Source: a virus
Direction: 5' to 3' (one strand)
DNA: 64,000 bases
IMG/VR virus record: IMGVR_UViG_3300043640_000137
Span: 24,525-88,524 of that record
Shown here: positions 37,322 through 48,049 of the stretch, one piece after another
Layout of the letters: each line of letters begins with the position of its first letter
How positions within the stretch are numbered: position 1 is the first letter of the stretch
The notes under the pieces: model-generated
The model's database searches: none
Told to the model about the DNA's origin: nothing
What the model saw: only the letters and a program-made list of their open reading frames with translations
Made by a program: the position numbers and the translations under genes

Positions 37322-38608
37322 TCATTCGGGGATGTCCACGCCGCGCAGCCGATCTTCCGTGAGCATCACGTCGAACTTGCTCATGAGAGGCACATGCGCC
37401 TCGCGCTTATCATCGTCTCGCGCCAGCGTCAGGCCGCTATCGGGCATGTAGCCCCACACGCGAACGAATTTACTGGCGCCGTCGAGGTTCTTTTCAAGCT
37501 GTGCCGGCGAGAGGAGTGCTGGCTTCGTGAACGCTTCGTCGCCCCACTTCGCGCGTGCTGCGTCATCGACGCTGACGACGGACTTCGTGCCATCTTCGGC
37601 CGTGATCTCCATCGACTTTTTGTAGACGCGGTTTGCTTTCTGCTTCACAAGCTTGTGGCCCTTGACCGTAGAGCCGCTGAGCGCGCGTCGCAGCGCTTCT
37701 TCCTGCATGCGTTCAAGTTGCCGGCGGATGATGTCGCCCTTGACCAGGAAATCACCAAGCTCTTCGTCGGTCAGCGTCTCGGGGTCGCTGGCGATGTTGA
37801 AGTTGGAAAGCTCGCTGTTCACCAGCGGGCAAGAGTTGGCATACTTCGCGGGGCAGAAGCGGCACCACTTGCCCAGCGTGAGCAGCGCATCGGGATCGCG
37901 GGTGTCCTGCATCGCCGGCACGGCTTCGTTCTCGAACCAGCCTGTGATCGCGGCAGCCGTGGTCTCGAACTCGCGGATGCGGCCTTTCGGATGCGGCATG
38001 CGCGGCTGCACGATCGTCAGGATGACCTTCTCGACGTCGGCGGCGCCGGGCAGGTTCTCGATCGCCAGTGCGGCGTAGTATTTCGGTTGCGGGTAATCCG
38101 GCTCGACGCAGACCATGCCGTTCTTGTAGTCGATGACGTAGAGCAGCTTCAGCTTGCGGACGTGCAGCATGCAGTCCGACGTGCCGTAGGCATCTTCGTC
38201 GAGGACGGAGCCCATGCCTTTTTCGACATATAGCACCGGATCGAAGTCTTTATACTTCGTGATGAGATCGCGGATATAGGTGAGATACCGCTGCACGGAG
38301 TCAGCCATCTCTTGGTCGCACTCGAAGGTCCAGTCATCGACCTTCAGCTTCGTGCCCATGTGCTCCCAGGCTTCGGTGCCGGCGTCGAGGGATGTCTGGC
38401 AGATCGTGTGTGCGGCAGTACCGAGCGCAGCGGCCGGGGAGCCACGCTGCATCAATTCGGGGCTGGCCTGCGTGAGCTTGCGAATGAGGTTATTGCTGCC
38501 CTTGCAGTGCATCCAGCGATCCGCGCTGCTGGCGCCGACCTTGGAGTGATGAATCTCTTCGACCTTGACGAGCGGGGCAAGGGACGAAAGGTTGGCGCCG
38601 TCAGGCAT
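37322..38608 (-). CDS. DUF2800 Cas4-like PD-(D/E)XK exonuclease
   Basis: 'HS..ASSADRWMHC.GS', 'GTAAH', 'GTSD', 'IDYKNG', 'IVQPR', 'WCRFCPAK'. Confidence 0.9.
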   Translation of the reverse strand: MPDGANLSSLAPLVKVEEIHHSKVGASSADRWMHCKGSNNLIRKLTQASPELMQRGSPAAALGTAAHTICQTSLDAGTEAWEHMGTKLKVDDWTFECDQEMADSVQRYLTYIRDLITKYKDFDPVLYVEKGMGSVLDEDAYGTSDCMLHVRKLKLLYVIDYKNGMVCVEPDYPQPKYYAALAIENLPGAADVEKVILTIVQPRMPHPKGRIREFETTAAAITGWFENEAVPAMQDTRDPDALLTLGKWCRFCPAKYANSCPLVNSELSNFNIASDPETLTDEELGDFLVKGDIIRRQLERMQEEALRRALSGSTVKGHKLVKQKANRVYKKSMEITAEDGTKSVVSVDDAARAKWGDEAFTKPALLSPAQLEKNLDGASKFVRVWGYMPDSGLTLARDDDKREAHVPLMSKFDVMLTEDRLRGVDIPE

Positions 38609-38931
38609 TAGACCACTCCTGCTGAGGCTGCGCTGACGCGCGTCCAGACGATGGCATTGTGGCCACTCTCGTTCGGACGGCGCTCTCCCGTGTCGATCAC
38701 GTCCCCGCTATGCACGAGTTCGCTGACGCGTGGTCGGATCGCCAGGATGCTTCTGCCTATATCGGCAGCGATCTCATCGGCGGTCATGCGCCGGCCGGTA
38801 AGAACGTCGCTGACGCGATCTCGAAGGTTGCTCGCTCGCGGTGCGATAGCCGCCGCTGCGATTGCGGAAGTCTCGCGGGCTTTGAACCCAGGCTCGTTCG
38901 GATACATCGTCATCTCCCTGTTGGCGCCCAT
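38608..38931 (-). CDS. Winged-HTH protein
   Basis: 'MTADEIAA..SILAIRPRVSEL..G.VIDTGERR'. Confidence 0.7.
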   Translation of the reverse strand: MGANREMTMYPNEPGFKARETSAIAAAAIAPRASNLRDRVSDVLTGRRMTADEIAADIGRSILAIRPRVSELVHSGDVIDTGERRPNESGHNAIVWTRVSAASAGVV

Positions 38932-39027
38932 CTCCCCAGGAGCCCGCCGCTGTGCCTAGACGGTGGTCCCTTGTCGGGGCCGGCTAGAGCGGTGTTGCTC
39001 CTGGGGCGGGACTTCTGAGCGGCGGCT

Positions 39028-39780
39028 TTACGCCATCGCCTCCATCTCGATCTCGTCCTTCACGGTCTGAAGATCGGCCTCGGGCAGTTCCGAGGTACGA
39101 GCAACGCCGTGCTGTGCGAGGATGTCTTTGATCTTCGCGACCGCGACCTTCTTGCTCTGCACGGTCTTCGTGATGAACGCCTGCAAGCCATCGGCCGTCA
39201 GCTTGTCATCGTCGCCCGCCGCAGCGCCTTTGCCCGCATTCTGCGTCGTCGGCGCCGGATCGTCGGGGATGTCGCTCGCCGCGGCGCCGTTGGCGGCCGG
39301 CTTCGTGGTTGCAGCGGCGCCCTTGCCGGCAGTCGTGTCATCCGGGATTTCATCGACGGCCGGGTCTTTACGTTCGCCGCCCGTGCTGATGTTGTCCGGC
39401 TTCGGCGCCGCCTCGGCCGGCACTTCGCCCGAAGTGCCCTTCGGCGCCTTGTCGGCCTTCGGAGGCTTGTCGGCCTTCGGAGCCTTGTCGGCCTTCGGGG
39501 CTTTGTCGCCGGCAGGCTGAGTCTCGGTCTGCGTGGTCGTCGCCGTCGTGGCGTTGAGCGCAACCGCCGCGGTATCGGTCTTCGTACCACCGGCAGCCGT
39601 GTTGCCTCGCAGGCCGTCGATCACTGTCTGACGGGCCAGGGACATCAAGGTCGCGGCGGAAGCGGCAACGTCATCGCTGCCGTTAAAGTTCGCGTGTAGC
39701 GTGACCTCGCCCTCGACGGGCTCGTATTGCGCTGCCTGCACTTTGCGCGAAAAGCGCACGCTGATACCGGAAACATCCAT
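39028..39780 (-). CDS. Low-complexity replication-module protein
   Basis: ADKAPK repeats and a C-terminal helical domain 'ILAQHGVARTSEL'; has its own promoter and RBS AGGAG. Confidence 0.6.
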   Translation of the reverse strand: MDVSGISVRFSRKVQAAQYEPVEGEVTLHANFNGSDDVAASAATLMSLARQTVIDGLRGNTAAGGTKTDTAAVALNATTATTTQTETQPAGDKAPKADKAPKADKPPKADKAPKGTSGEVPAEAAPKPDNISTGGERKDPAVDEIPDDTTAGKGAAATTKPAANGAAASDIPDDPAPTTQNAGKGAAAGDDDKLTADGLQAFITKTVQSKKVAVAKIKDILAQHGVARTSELPEADLQTVKDEIEMEAMA

Positions 39781-39845
39781 GTCGTCTCTCCTGGTTTAGG
39801 ATATTAAATTTGTGAAAGTGACGTTATGGCTACTTTCCGTAGCTG

Positions 39846-40529
39846 TCAAGCAGCTTGTTTCAGCGCGTCGCTTATAATATGCCAGAGCATCTCGACCGGC
39901 GCCGCGTCGTATCGGTTGAACTCGTTGTCGGGATGGCCGCCGACCGGGACGAAGACACGCGGCCGTGCAGCAGCGCCTTGCGCCACGGTCGGGCCGTCCT
40001 TCTGTATCAGCGTCACAGTGATCTCGGCCGTGACACTTTCATGAAGCGTGCCGGCATCGCAGCGGTACTCTTCGCCCGCGTGAACGATCTGCGTGTCGTT
40101 AACAAATAAACCGTATGTGCCGGGATCGCGCTGTTGGAGCACCGTGTCCTCGCACAAGTCTTCGCCAAGCATCCGCGTGTGCGGCTCGTAGAAGTTGCCG
40201 ATCGGTAGGTTGATGGCCTCGATAAGGCCGGGCCACGGGCCTTCCTCATACTCGACGTTGATCATCCGGCCGCTCAGGACGTGGCTCGTGAAGCCGAAGA
40301 CATGATCGTGGATCGGCGTCGGGAACTTCTGACGCGGGATACGGAGATCGCCGAAGACATGCAGCCGGACGCGATCATCGAGATCAAGCTGGATGAACCC
40401 ATTGCCGTGAACGCGTGGCCTATGCGTCTTCGAGAAGTTGAACTCGTCCATCAAACCGGCTAGTTGCCCGAGCGAATGAAGCTTGCCGCCGGACCAGCCG
40501 TGGTAAGGATTGATTGTGAGCGGCTTCAT
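39846..40529 (-). CDS. Cupin-fold hypothetical protein
   Basis: 'HGNGF', 'RLHVF', 'IHDH.FGFTS.VLSG', 'LHES'. Confidence 0.55.
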   Translation of the reverse strand: MKPLTINPYHGWSGGKLHSLGQLAGLMDEFNFSKTHRPRVHGNGFIQLDLDDRVRLHVFGDLRIPRQKFPTPIHDHVFGFTSHVLSGRMINVEYEEGPWPGLIEAINLPIGNFYEPHTRMLGEDLCEDTVLQQRDPGTYGLFVNDTQIVHAGEEYRCDAGTLHESVTAEITVTLIQKDGPTVAQGAAARPRVFVPVGGHPDNEFNRYDAAPVEMLWHIISDALKQAA

Positions 40530-40795
40530 GACGTTCTCTCCCTACGCGTGATGACGAAGGCTCTCGCCGGGGCATTCGGGCGCGAGATTGCCGAGCTTCA
40601 CGCCCCTGCGGAAATACTCGTTGAGTCTAAACGTCGGGAAGTTGCTGCCGCGGCTCGTCGTCCGGCGTAGCAGTCCGCATTCCAGACACAAGCAGTCGAG
40701 GACGGCGACGATGTGACCCTTCCGTCGCCCAAACGCGACCGGCAGCCTGTGCCAGCGATGCCGTGGCATAGGAACGCTACGGCTTATGCTCTTGC

Positions 40796-42430
40796 TCACG
40801 CTGATCTCCTATCGAGCGTGTCGTATATGATGTGGCTTTTTTCTATGGTGGTGCCGAGGATGCGTTCGCAGAGCGAGCCTTCGGCGACCATCAACTGCGC
40901 CGTGACGTTGTTGTGCTGGCCCATGCGGTGGCAACGATCGACGCACTGCTCATTGTCCTTCGGAACCCATGACGGCTCGGCGAAGACGACGTGGCTCGCG
41001 ACGTTCTGGAGTCCGTCGATGCCTTCGCCGGCAGCGATCATCTGCCCGAGGAAGATGCGTGGCGCGGTCTTCTCCAACCGCTGAAAGTCCACGACGCTTT
41101 TGTCTTTGGCCGTGCTGCTCATGCCGCCGCGGACCATGACCACGCCGTATGCCGCAAGCTCCTTCGCGAGGTAATCCATCACGGTCTTGTGGTGCGCGAA
41201 GACGACGACCTTCTTAATCTCGACGGTATCGAGCAGGTACTCGATATGAGCTTTGACGCTCGGCGCCATCGCTTCGCCCATCTCGCGACGAACTGTCGAG
41301 ACTTGGCCCCATATCTCGGCGAACGGGTCGTGAAGATCGGTGATGTCGAAGTGGATCAGCTTCTCTTTCGCGAGAATTTCCTTGATCCGGCCGTCCGGCT
41401 CGACGTAGGTGAGTTCGTATTGTTTGTCGGGAAGGTCTTCGAGGACGTCTTCCTTCAGCCGGCGGATCATGAAGTTGCAGCGCAGGCGCGCTTGTAGCTC
41501 GGGCAGCCGGCCCTTCTCTTCGCGAACGAAGCCGGACTCCATGCGACCGCTCGGGTTGAAGCGGAAGCAGAACTCCTCTTCCGTCATCCAGTCGATCGAC
41601 TCGTGGCAAAGTCCCTTAGCCAAAGTAAAACACTCGCGCGGACGATTTGGCAGGGGCGTTCCCGTGAGCGCGACAATCTTCTCGACCTTCTCGGCGAGGA
41701 TCGCAGTCTTGAACCGGCCGCGGCCACCGCCGAACAGGGCGCGCGTGCGGCTGGCTGACGGGGTTTTGAGGTAGTGCGCTTCGTCGAGGACGATCATGTC
41801 CCAATCGCGAGCGCAGAGCGCTTCGTGCAGATGCTCGTTGCGCAGCAACTCGTACGAGATGATCGTGTAGTTGGTCGTCGGGGCGATGCCATGGCGGGAG
41901 CTACCGACGAAGACGGCGCGCACATGCGGTATGGTGCTCCACCGCCGAACCATCTTCTGCCATTGCTTGCGCACTGACGCAGGACAGACGATCAGGACGT
42001 GGTGATAGCCTTTTGCATTCGCTATGCCGATCGCCTGCACGGTCTTGCCCAGGCCGGGCTCGTCGCCGATGAGCACGTTCTGATGCGCCAGACCATAGTC
42101 GATGCCGGCGGATTGGAATGGGCGATAGTCGAGCGGGTTCCCAAGCTCGTCTGTGACAGGATGCGGATGCTTGCTGCTCGATACTTTTGCCCAGGACTGT
42201 TCGTAGTCGGTCCAGAGATTTGCAAGCTGCGCTTGCGCCTTCGGATCGGCGTCTTTGTAGTAGGAGAGCGCGGCGTAGGGTGACTGCGTGAAGTAGACCT
42301 TATCGCCGTTGGCAGCGCGTATCTTCGTCGAGAGCGTGAGCCCTACGGCTTCGGCGCGCGCGTTATCGTTCGAGACGACAACGAAGTCCTTGGTGTTCTG
42401 ATTGAATTTCAGGCTCGCCGCATCAACCAT
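40796..42430 (-). CDS. SNF2-family helicase
   Basis: 'DEPGLGKT', 'DEAH', 'LTGTP', 'GEGIDG', 'QCVDRCHRMGQ'. Confidence 0.92.
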   Translation of the reverse strand: MVDAASLKFNQNTKDFVVVSNDNARAEAVGLTLSTKIRAANGDKVYFTQSPYAALSYYKDADPKAQAQLANLWTDYEQSWAKVSSSKHPHPVTDELGNPLDYRPFQSAGIDYGLAHQNVLIGDEPGLGKTVQAIGIANAKGYHHVLIVCPASVRKQWQKMVRRWSTIPHVRAVFVGSSRHGIAPTTNYTIISYELLRNEHLHEALCARDWDMIVLDEAHYLKTPSASRTRALFGGGRGRFKTAILAEKVEKIVALTGTPLPNRPRECFTLAKGLCHESIDWMTEEEFCFRFNPSGRMESGFVREEKGRLPELQARLRCNFMIRRLKEDVLEDLPDKQYELTYVEPDGRIKEILAKEKLIHFDITDLHDPFAEIWGQVSTVRREMGEAMAPSVKAHIEYLLDTVEIKKVVVFAHHKTVMDYLAKELAAYGVVMVRGGMSSTAKDKSVVDFQRLEKTAPRIFLGQMIAAGEGIDGLQNVASHVVFAEPSWVPKDNEQCVDRCHRMGQHNNVTAQLMVAEGSLCERILGTTIEKSHIIYDTLDRRSA

Positions 42431-43310
42431 CGTACTGCTCGCACATGCGGTACTCACGGAGCCGCTGGCGCATAACCTCTTCGGCAGCTATCGCGCGGTC
42501 CCACTCGTCTTCGTCGCGGTAGCCGAGCACGGCGTCGCGAATGAGCGCGTCGATGATCTCGGGGTTGAGCGCGTCAAGCTCCCACGACTCGTCGCCGAAC
42601 TTTTCACGGTAGCCGTCGCTGCGCGAGTCGGTCAGCTTGACGGGATTGGGCGGCGGGCTGTGCTCCTCGATCTGTTCCCAATTCAACGCCATGCGTCGAA
42701 CGGTGACGAAATTGCCGAGGAAGATGTCGAGCCGATCTTGATTGTCGCGTGTCATATCGACACCGCTCGGATCGTGATCGCCGAAGTGCAGGATCACAAC
42801 CTGCTGATTGGCGTTGTTAAACCGGCGAAAGCGATGGCTCGCGCGCCACTGCTCGGATTGGGATGAGTACCCGCGGCATGCGAAGTACGGCACGTCGAGG
42901 TCGCTGCACGCCGGCTCGACGACACCGATCAGCGCTTCCTTCTCGATCCAGACCTCGACGCGAGTGCCTTGCTGAGACCATTTGTCGATCGCGAATAGAT
43001 CGACGGCCGTCTGAAGGATGTCGCCCTGGCTCGCCCAGTGCGAGTTGCTCGTGAGATGGCGCGTGCGGTCCTCTATCGCGTCCCAATCGATGAGGCCCGC
43101 AAGCCTCGCATCGTTGATCACGCTGCCGAGGCGTTTGTATTCGGGTTGCTTGTTCGGGAGCAGGCCGCGCGCGACGAACTGATAGTAGAGTTGGCGCAGC
43201 GTGAGCGTGAAGCCCTTGCCCATGTACTCGTCGCAGATCACGTTCGCCTGGGCGATGAGCTTCTGCGAGGACGAGTTGAAGCGCTTCTCGATGTATTGTT
43301 CGAGCGGCAT
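42423..43310 (-). CDS. Topoisomerase VI-A/Spo11/JetD-like wHTH-TOPRIM protein
   Basis: 'LTLRQLYYQ', 'EVWIEKEAL', 'RGYSS', 'GDHDPSG', 'ELDAL'. Confidence 0.8.
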   Translation of the reverse strand: MPLEQYIEKRFNSSSQKLIAQANVICDEYMGKGFTLTLRQLYYQFVARGLLPNKQPEYKRLGSVINDARLAGLIDWDAIEDRTRHLTSNSHWASQGDILQTAVDLFAIDKWSQQGTRVEVWIEKEALIGVVEPACSDLDVPYFACRGYSSQSEQWRASHRFRRFNNANQQVVILHFGDHDPSGVDMTRDNQDRLDIFLGNFVTVRRMALNWEQIEEHSPPPNPVKLTDSRSDGYREKFGDESWELDALNPEIIDALIRDAVLGYRDEDEWDRAIAAEEVMRQRLREYRMCEQYDG

Positions 43311-43505
43311 GTCAGGGAGCCCGCGCCACAGGAACCTTGCCCTCGCCATCGCATGCCGGGCAGTCCACGAGTGACGGCGCGTCACCTTCGAGGAAGTCCA
43401 ATGCTGAGCTTACGAGGCCGGTGGCATCGCAGGCGGGACAATCGACAGGAGGTACATTGGGTTGCGTCATGATGAAAGTAACTTAATAGCTACTTTCACT
43501 CCCTG

Positions 43506-45737
43506 TCAAGCGTCTTTATCCGCTTGTCCCATCATGTCGGTATTGGTCTCGACTTCGAAGACTTGGCCCCTGCCGCGGTTCTTCAGCCGGACTTTCACCG
43601 GGCTATCGACGTACGTGATCGGATGTCCATCGGGCGCCTTCTGCCACAGCAGCAGTAAGTCCTTCTCGATCGCGTCAACGGAAGGCTTGGTCGAAAGGTT
43701 AACGTATTCTTGCAAGCGATCGACTTGCCCTTTAGCCCATTGCGCTTCTTCACCCGTGCCACGGGACAGTTCGAGTAGCCCGATGACGCGGTTCTTCTTA
43801 TTCGACCGCGGCGCTTCGCCGGCAATGTACTTCGCGACCTCGTTAACCGTGTATGGCATGCCCTTCGAATGGGTGAAACGCTTCTCGTGCCGCAGCAGGT
43901 TCAACTCGGCGATAACCATCGCATATGCCGTGCGCTTGCCGAGTGCATCCGGGCCGACGAACACTTCGCCGCTCTTCTTGATCGGGACGACACCCGTGCG
44001 CGGCCGGTTGAACTTATCAATCTCGCCGAGCGGGACGATCTTGAACTCGAACTGCGCGTAGGCGCCGGACGGGCCACCTTTGATACGGGTGACTTCGAAC
44101 TTGGCGCCCTTGACCATATCGAGTGGCGTTAGCTCCCAGATGGCTTCCGTGTTGTTCTCCATCACCGACGATCCCATGATCGTCAGGCGATCATCCTTCG
44201 GCGGGTGACAGGCGATCACAGCAGCAGCGCGGAGCGTGCGCGCGATGAACTCGGCGTGATGCCATGCCTTTTGCATCAACACGTCGTCGCTTTGGCTGGC
44301 GCCAGCGGTCGCGCGCTGCCACGTATCGAAGATCAGAAGGACGCTATCGGTATCCTCGATCTTTGTCAGCGCCCACCGAATGAAAGACTCACATGACTCG
44401 ACATCGAGCAGATCGATGATGCCGCGCAAGAACCAGAAGTTCGGAATGTCTTCGACTTGGTTCTCGATGCCCCAGCCTTTGATCATGTCCGCGGTGCCGG
44501 TATCGTCTTCACCCGCGAGGTAGAAGACCTTGCGGCCGGGCTCAACAGGGAAGCCGTGCCATGCCTTACCCATCGCGACATGCAGCGAGAGATCGGTCAG
44601 CATGACGGTCTTACCACTGCCGCGCTTCGCGACGACGGCGCTCACGCCCTGCGCCGGCAGGATGTCGGGGATGATCATCTCGCGATGCTCGATCCCGCCG
44701 ATACGAGAGAACGGGTACGCGAGTTTTTCCCATCGGTCGAGCTTCTTATTCTCGACGCGCTTCTCTTCCGCTTCGACGGCTTCAGTGCCGCCCGATGCAG
44801 CCATGGCGCGTTCCATCGCTTCGTCGAGCGCGGCAGTGTCGGTGCCCTTCGAACCCGGCCGCGTTTCCCGGTACTTCAGTGCGTTCTCCACCTTCACGGC
44901 GAGATCGGCCAAGTCCCAAGGCGGTTCGCATGTATCGTTCCACGATCGGCGTTCGCCGTCGATCAGGATCAGCGGCTCGGTCAGAAGCTCCAACGCCTTC
45001 AAGTCCGACACGCCGAGGTCGATGAGCCCGGCGGCCGTCAGCAGCGTGTGCTTGTCGCCTTCTTGTCCCTCGATCGCCGGCCGACGATTGCGGAGCCAGT
45101 CGCTTGCCATCTGAACGGCTTCGGGCGTATCGAGGTCGAAGACGGGATTGATGGTGGTCTCACCTTTCTCGCCTTGCTTCTTCAGCCGGACGATGACCCA
45201 AGCTGGCGGCGAGATGGGAGTCGCGTCGTGCTCGACAACGTATTCGCCCGGCGTGTCCTTCGGGTCGCACATGCCCGCGATGAGCTTCGAGTACGGGCCG
45301 ACGACATAACCGCCAGGACCGCGAATGTCGATACCAGCGGGAAAGTTGTGCGCGTTCGCGGAAGCGAACGGTGCTTGGAGATAGAGATGCGTGCCGCCGG
45401 AAGGCGTGCCGACGGTGAACGTCGCGCCGCCCGTGATCGGATCGTTGCCGGGCTCCATCTCAATGTCCATGAGATGAACGTCGCCGAGCTTGCCCGGCTT
45501 GACGTCAACGTCGATGATGACGTGATGCTCGTCGGGATTGACGCCGTAGTTCATTGACGGGCTGGATTCAAACCACGCTCGGATCGTGACCTCATCGGTG
45601 GTGGCAACGTCATACCATGAATGGCCAGCCGGCGGCTCTTTGGCCCCGTCGCGCAGAGGGAAAATCTTAAAGCCCTGCCGAGCGAGCTTCGCAGCCCACT
45701 CACACGCTGGATTTAAAGATGTGTCATCACCGGCCAA
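43506..45737 (-). CDS. Bifunctional primase-polymerase fused to an AAA/RecA-type helicase
   Basis: 'IFPL..K.P', 'IDVDVK', 'TPSGGTHLY', 'IDIRGPGGYVV'; Walker A 'AKRGSGKT', Walker B 'LLIFDT'. Confidence 0.9.
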   Translation of the reverse strand: MAGDDTSLNPACEWAAKLARQGFKIFPLRDGAKEPPAGHSWYDVATTDEVTIRAWFESSPSMNYGVNPDEHHVIIDVDVKPGKLGDVHLMDIEMEPGNDPITGGATFTVGTPSGGTHLYLQAPFASANAHNFPAGIDIRGPGGYVVGPYSKLIAGMCDPKDTPGEYVVEHDATPISPPAWVIVRLKKQGEKGETTINPVFDLDTPEAVQMASDWLRNRRPAIEGQEGDKHTLLTAAGLIDLGVSDLKALELLTEPLILIDGERRSWNDTCEPPWDLADLAVKVENALKYRETRPGSKGTDTAALDEAMERAMAASGGTEAVEAEEKRVENKKLDRWEKLAYPFSRIGGIEHREMIIPDILPAQGVSAVVAKRGSGKTVMLTDLSLHVAMGKAWHGFPVEPGRKVFYLAGEDDTGTADMIKGWGIENQVEDIPNFWFLRGIIDLLDVESCESFIRWALTKIEDTDSVLLIFDTWQRATAGASQSDDVLMQKAWHHAEFIARTLRAAAVIACHPPKDDRLTIMGSSVMENNTEAIWELTPLDMVKGAKFEVTRIKGGPSGAYAQFEFKIVPLGEIDKFNRPRTGVVPIKKSGEVFVGPDALGKRTAYAMVIAELNLLRHEKRFTHSKGMPYTVNEVAKYIAGEAPRSNKKNRVIGLLELSRGTGEEAQWAKGQVDRLQEYVNLSTKPSVDAIEKDLLLLWQKAPDGHPITYVDSPVKVRLKNRGRGQVFEVETNTDMMGQADKDA

Positions 45738-45789
45738 GGATCATCTCCCTGCCGCGCTGGCGCTTGATCATGATGGGTACTCCGGCGGT

Positions 45790-46128
45790 TTAAAAGACGC
45801 CGGCTTCAATGAGATCGAGAGTCGTCTGCGAATATCGGATGATGCCACCGTGGCGGATCAGCGGCGGCATGCTACGGTTGCGAAGCGTGCGTTCCGTGCA
45901 GTTGAGCCGCTTCGCTGCGAGAGCCGGCGTCAGAAGCTTGTCGGTGCCGTGGAAAATCGCTTCGAGCAGTTCGGCGTTGCAGCCAAAAGCCTTCGCGATC
46001 TGCCTCACTGTGTATTTCGGGTCCATCGACTCCGACCAGTTCGGGTTGCCTTGGCCGGTGATCGCTCGTAGGACCGTCCGCTGGTGACAGCCAAGTGAGG
46101 CAGCCACCTGATTCAGTGAGACTTGCAT
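45790..46128 (-). CDS. Multi-HTH transcriptional regulator (repressor candidate)
   Basis: Three HTH-like segments; RBS GGAG; its promoter spacer contains a perfect AGCTAC-N5-GTAGCT palindrome. Confidence 0.6.
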   Translation of the reverse strand: MQVSLNQVAASLGCHQRTVLRAITGQGNPNWSESMDPKYTVRQIAKAFGCNAELLEAIFHGTDKLLTPALAAKRLNCTERTLRNRSMPPLIRHGGIIRYSQTTLDLIEAGVF

Positions 46129-46196
46129 ACCGTCATCTCCCTTTTAACGAACCTTAACAGCTACATTCCGTAGCTGTCAAGCTACATTAAATGGGG

Positions 46197-46451
46197 CTAG
46201 ACTCGGCCTCGGCCGCCGTCGCAAATATCCACCACGAAGCGCAGTCCCATCGCAATCACCTGGATCGCTTCTTTGCGCATCGCATCGAGATCGCGGCGCT
46301 TCTGGTTTGTCCAGACATGCGCCTTTAACTCGTCGAACTCTTCGTGCATGATCGCGAACTGCTCATGCGCGCTATTCGCAGCGACCGGAAACATCGCATA
46401 CGCTCGTTCCAATTCCGCGACGGCTTCCGCCGCAACCTCAGTCGCGCCCAT
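46197..46451 (-). CDS. MazG-like protein
   Basis: 'SAHE..AIMHEEFDEL..V..KEAIQVIAM'. Confidence 0.65.
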   Translation of the reverse strand: MGATEVAAEAVAELERAYAMFPVAANSAHEQFAIMHEEFDELKAHVWTNQKRRDLDAMRKEAIQVIAMGLRFVVDICDGGRGRV

Positions 46452-48049
46452 GATCGCTCTCCTGGTTTTATATACTGCAACCTATTGTCGGCTGGCCCCG
46501 ATATAGACCGCGGGCTATTTACTGCTCGCCTTCGCCGCGCTCCTGCGGCGGTGCTTCGTACATCAAGCCGTCCATCCGAAGCTCGCGGTATCCCTCGCGC
46601 GCCATCTTCACGCATTCGGAAGGGTCGTGGCCCTCGCCATACTGCTCATCCAGCATCTCAGCCATGGCGCCGGCCAGGACCATGATCTTTCTCTCGAACT
46701 CACCCTCGCTGTGGCACTCATGCGGGAAGATGTCGGCCTGCTTCTTCAGAACACCGCCGACCGCGAGCTTCCGAGAGGACTCGACCTCGACGCGGATGAA
46801 CCGCCGTCGCCCTACCGGCCGGGTTTTGTCTTCCATAAGCCTGACGTTGACGATGCTCATTTGAACCTCCTTAGTTTGTGTCTCGTTGCCGAGCGAGGGC
46901 GCCAGTATCGGCTTTGATCTGCCGCATGGCTTTACGGATGATCGAATCGTTGCGACGGCGCATCTCCCGGTTTTGTCCTGGGTGCGCCATCCGCTGCTGA
47001 AGGGCCTCCCGGCGTTCATCAAGGCGCAGTTTGCGATCGTCGTTATTCATTTCCGTCTCCGATTGATGGCGCGAATAAAGATGACCGTAACGTACGCCGG
47101 CCAGAGCAGCACGACAAAGGTCCAGGAGAGATAGTTCGTCTTGTGTCCGAGCATCTTCTGCCCGCGCAAGCACAACTCTCCGAACGCGGCTCCAATCGTC
47201 AGATACGCCGCGATGCTGAGGAGCCACTGAGTCATGATCGGTAGTGGTCCTTCAGCAGATAGAAGTCGTTCGCTGTGATGACTACTTGGAAGTCTTCGCC
47301 CTCCGTCACCACGGCGCTGGCGAGCGCGCGGATATCGTCGATGGCGCCTTCCTGAAGAAAGCAGTGCTCACGCGTAATCGCTTTGATCTCTTCTGGCATG
47401 CGCGTGATGATCTGCGAGATCGGCACGAACCAGAGCCAAGGTCGCGTGCGTCGCATCGCTCGCGCCACGTCCCTCGCGATCTCATCCCGCTCTTGCTTGA
47501 TCCGCCGCTTCACTCGATCACAAGCATCGACGATCTTGTGCGCCGGGAGGAAGGCGTGTGTCTCAGCCGTCATCTTTGACCCGCTTCACGAAGTAGCCGG
47601 CGCCGGCTTTGTAGGTCAGTTCGAAGCTGATACCTTTTTGGACGCAGTGGTTGAGGACGTGGTGCAGCAGCGCGCCGATCTGGCTGTGCATACCGCTGCG
47701 GCCCTTCTTGTCGAAAGCTTCGACCGCTTCCTTGACGGCCTTTGCCGTTGGCCGTGGCCGTGCTTGCAGTGGCATGTAGATCATTCGTCAACTCCCGCGC
47801 AGTCTTCACATTCTTGGTTGCCGTCGTCGTTGCTCAGTCCTTCGGTGTCGCACCACCAGCCGCAGATCGAGCAGAGGAAGAGCATCGAGTCGAACTCCGC
47901 TTCGTCCTCGTGCGTGAGCCCGTTCTGCTCCATGCCGAAGAGAGAAAGCAGCGCGCCTTCGAGCGAGCCGCAGGAGCCGCGAAGATGGTTGCAAAGCTCT
48001 TCCATCTGCGCGTCGGTGAGCGCGTGGTCGCGCCGCGGAACCGAGTTCG

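Noticed and set aside
37322-38608. Cas4 of a CRISPR system
   Set aside because: DUF2800 next to DUF2815 SSB and PolA is a standard phage replication module.
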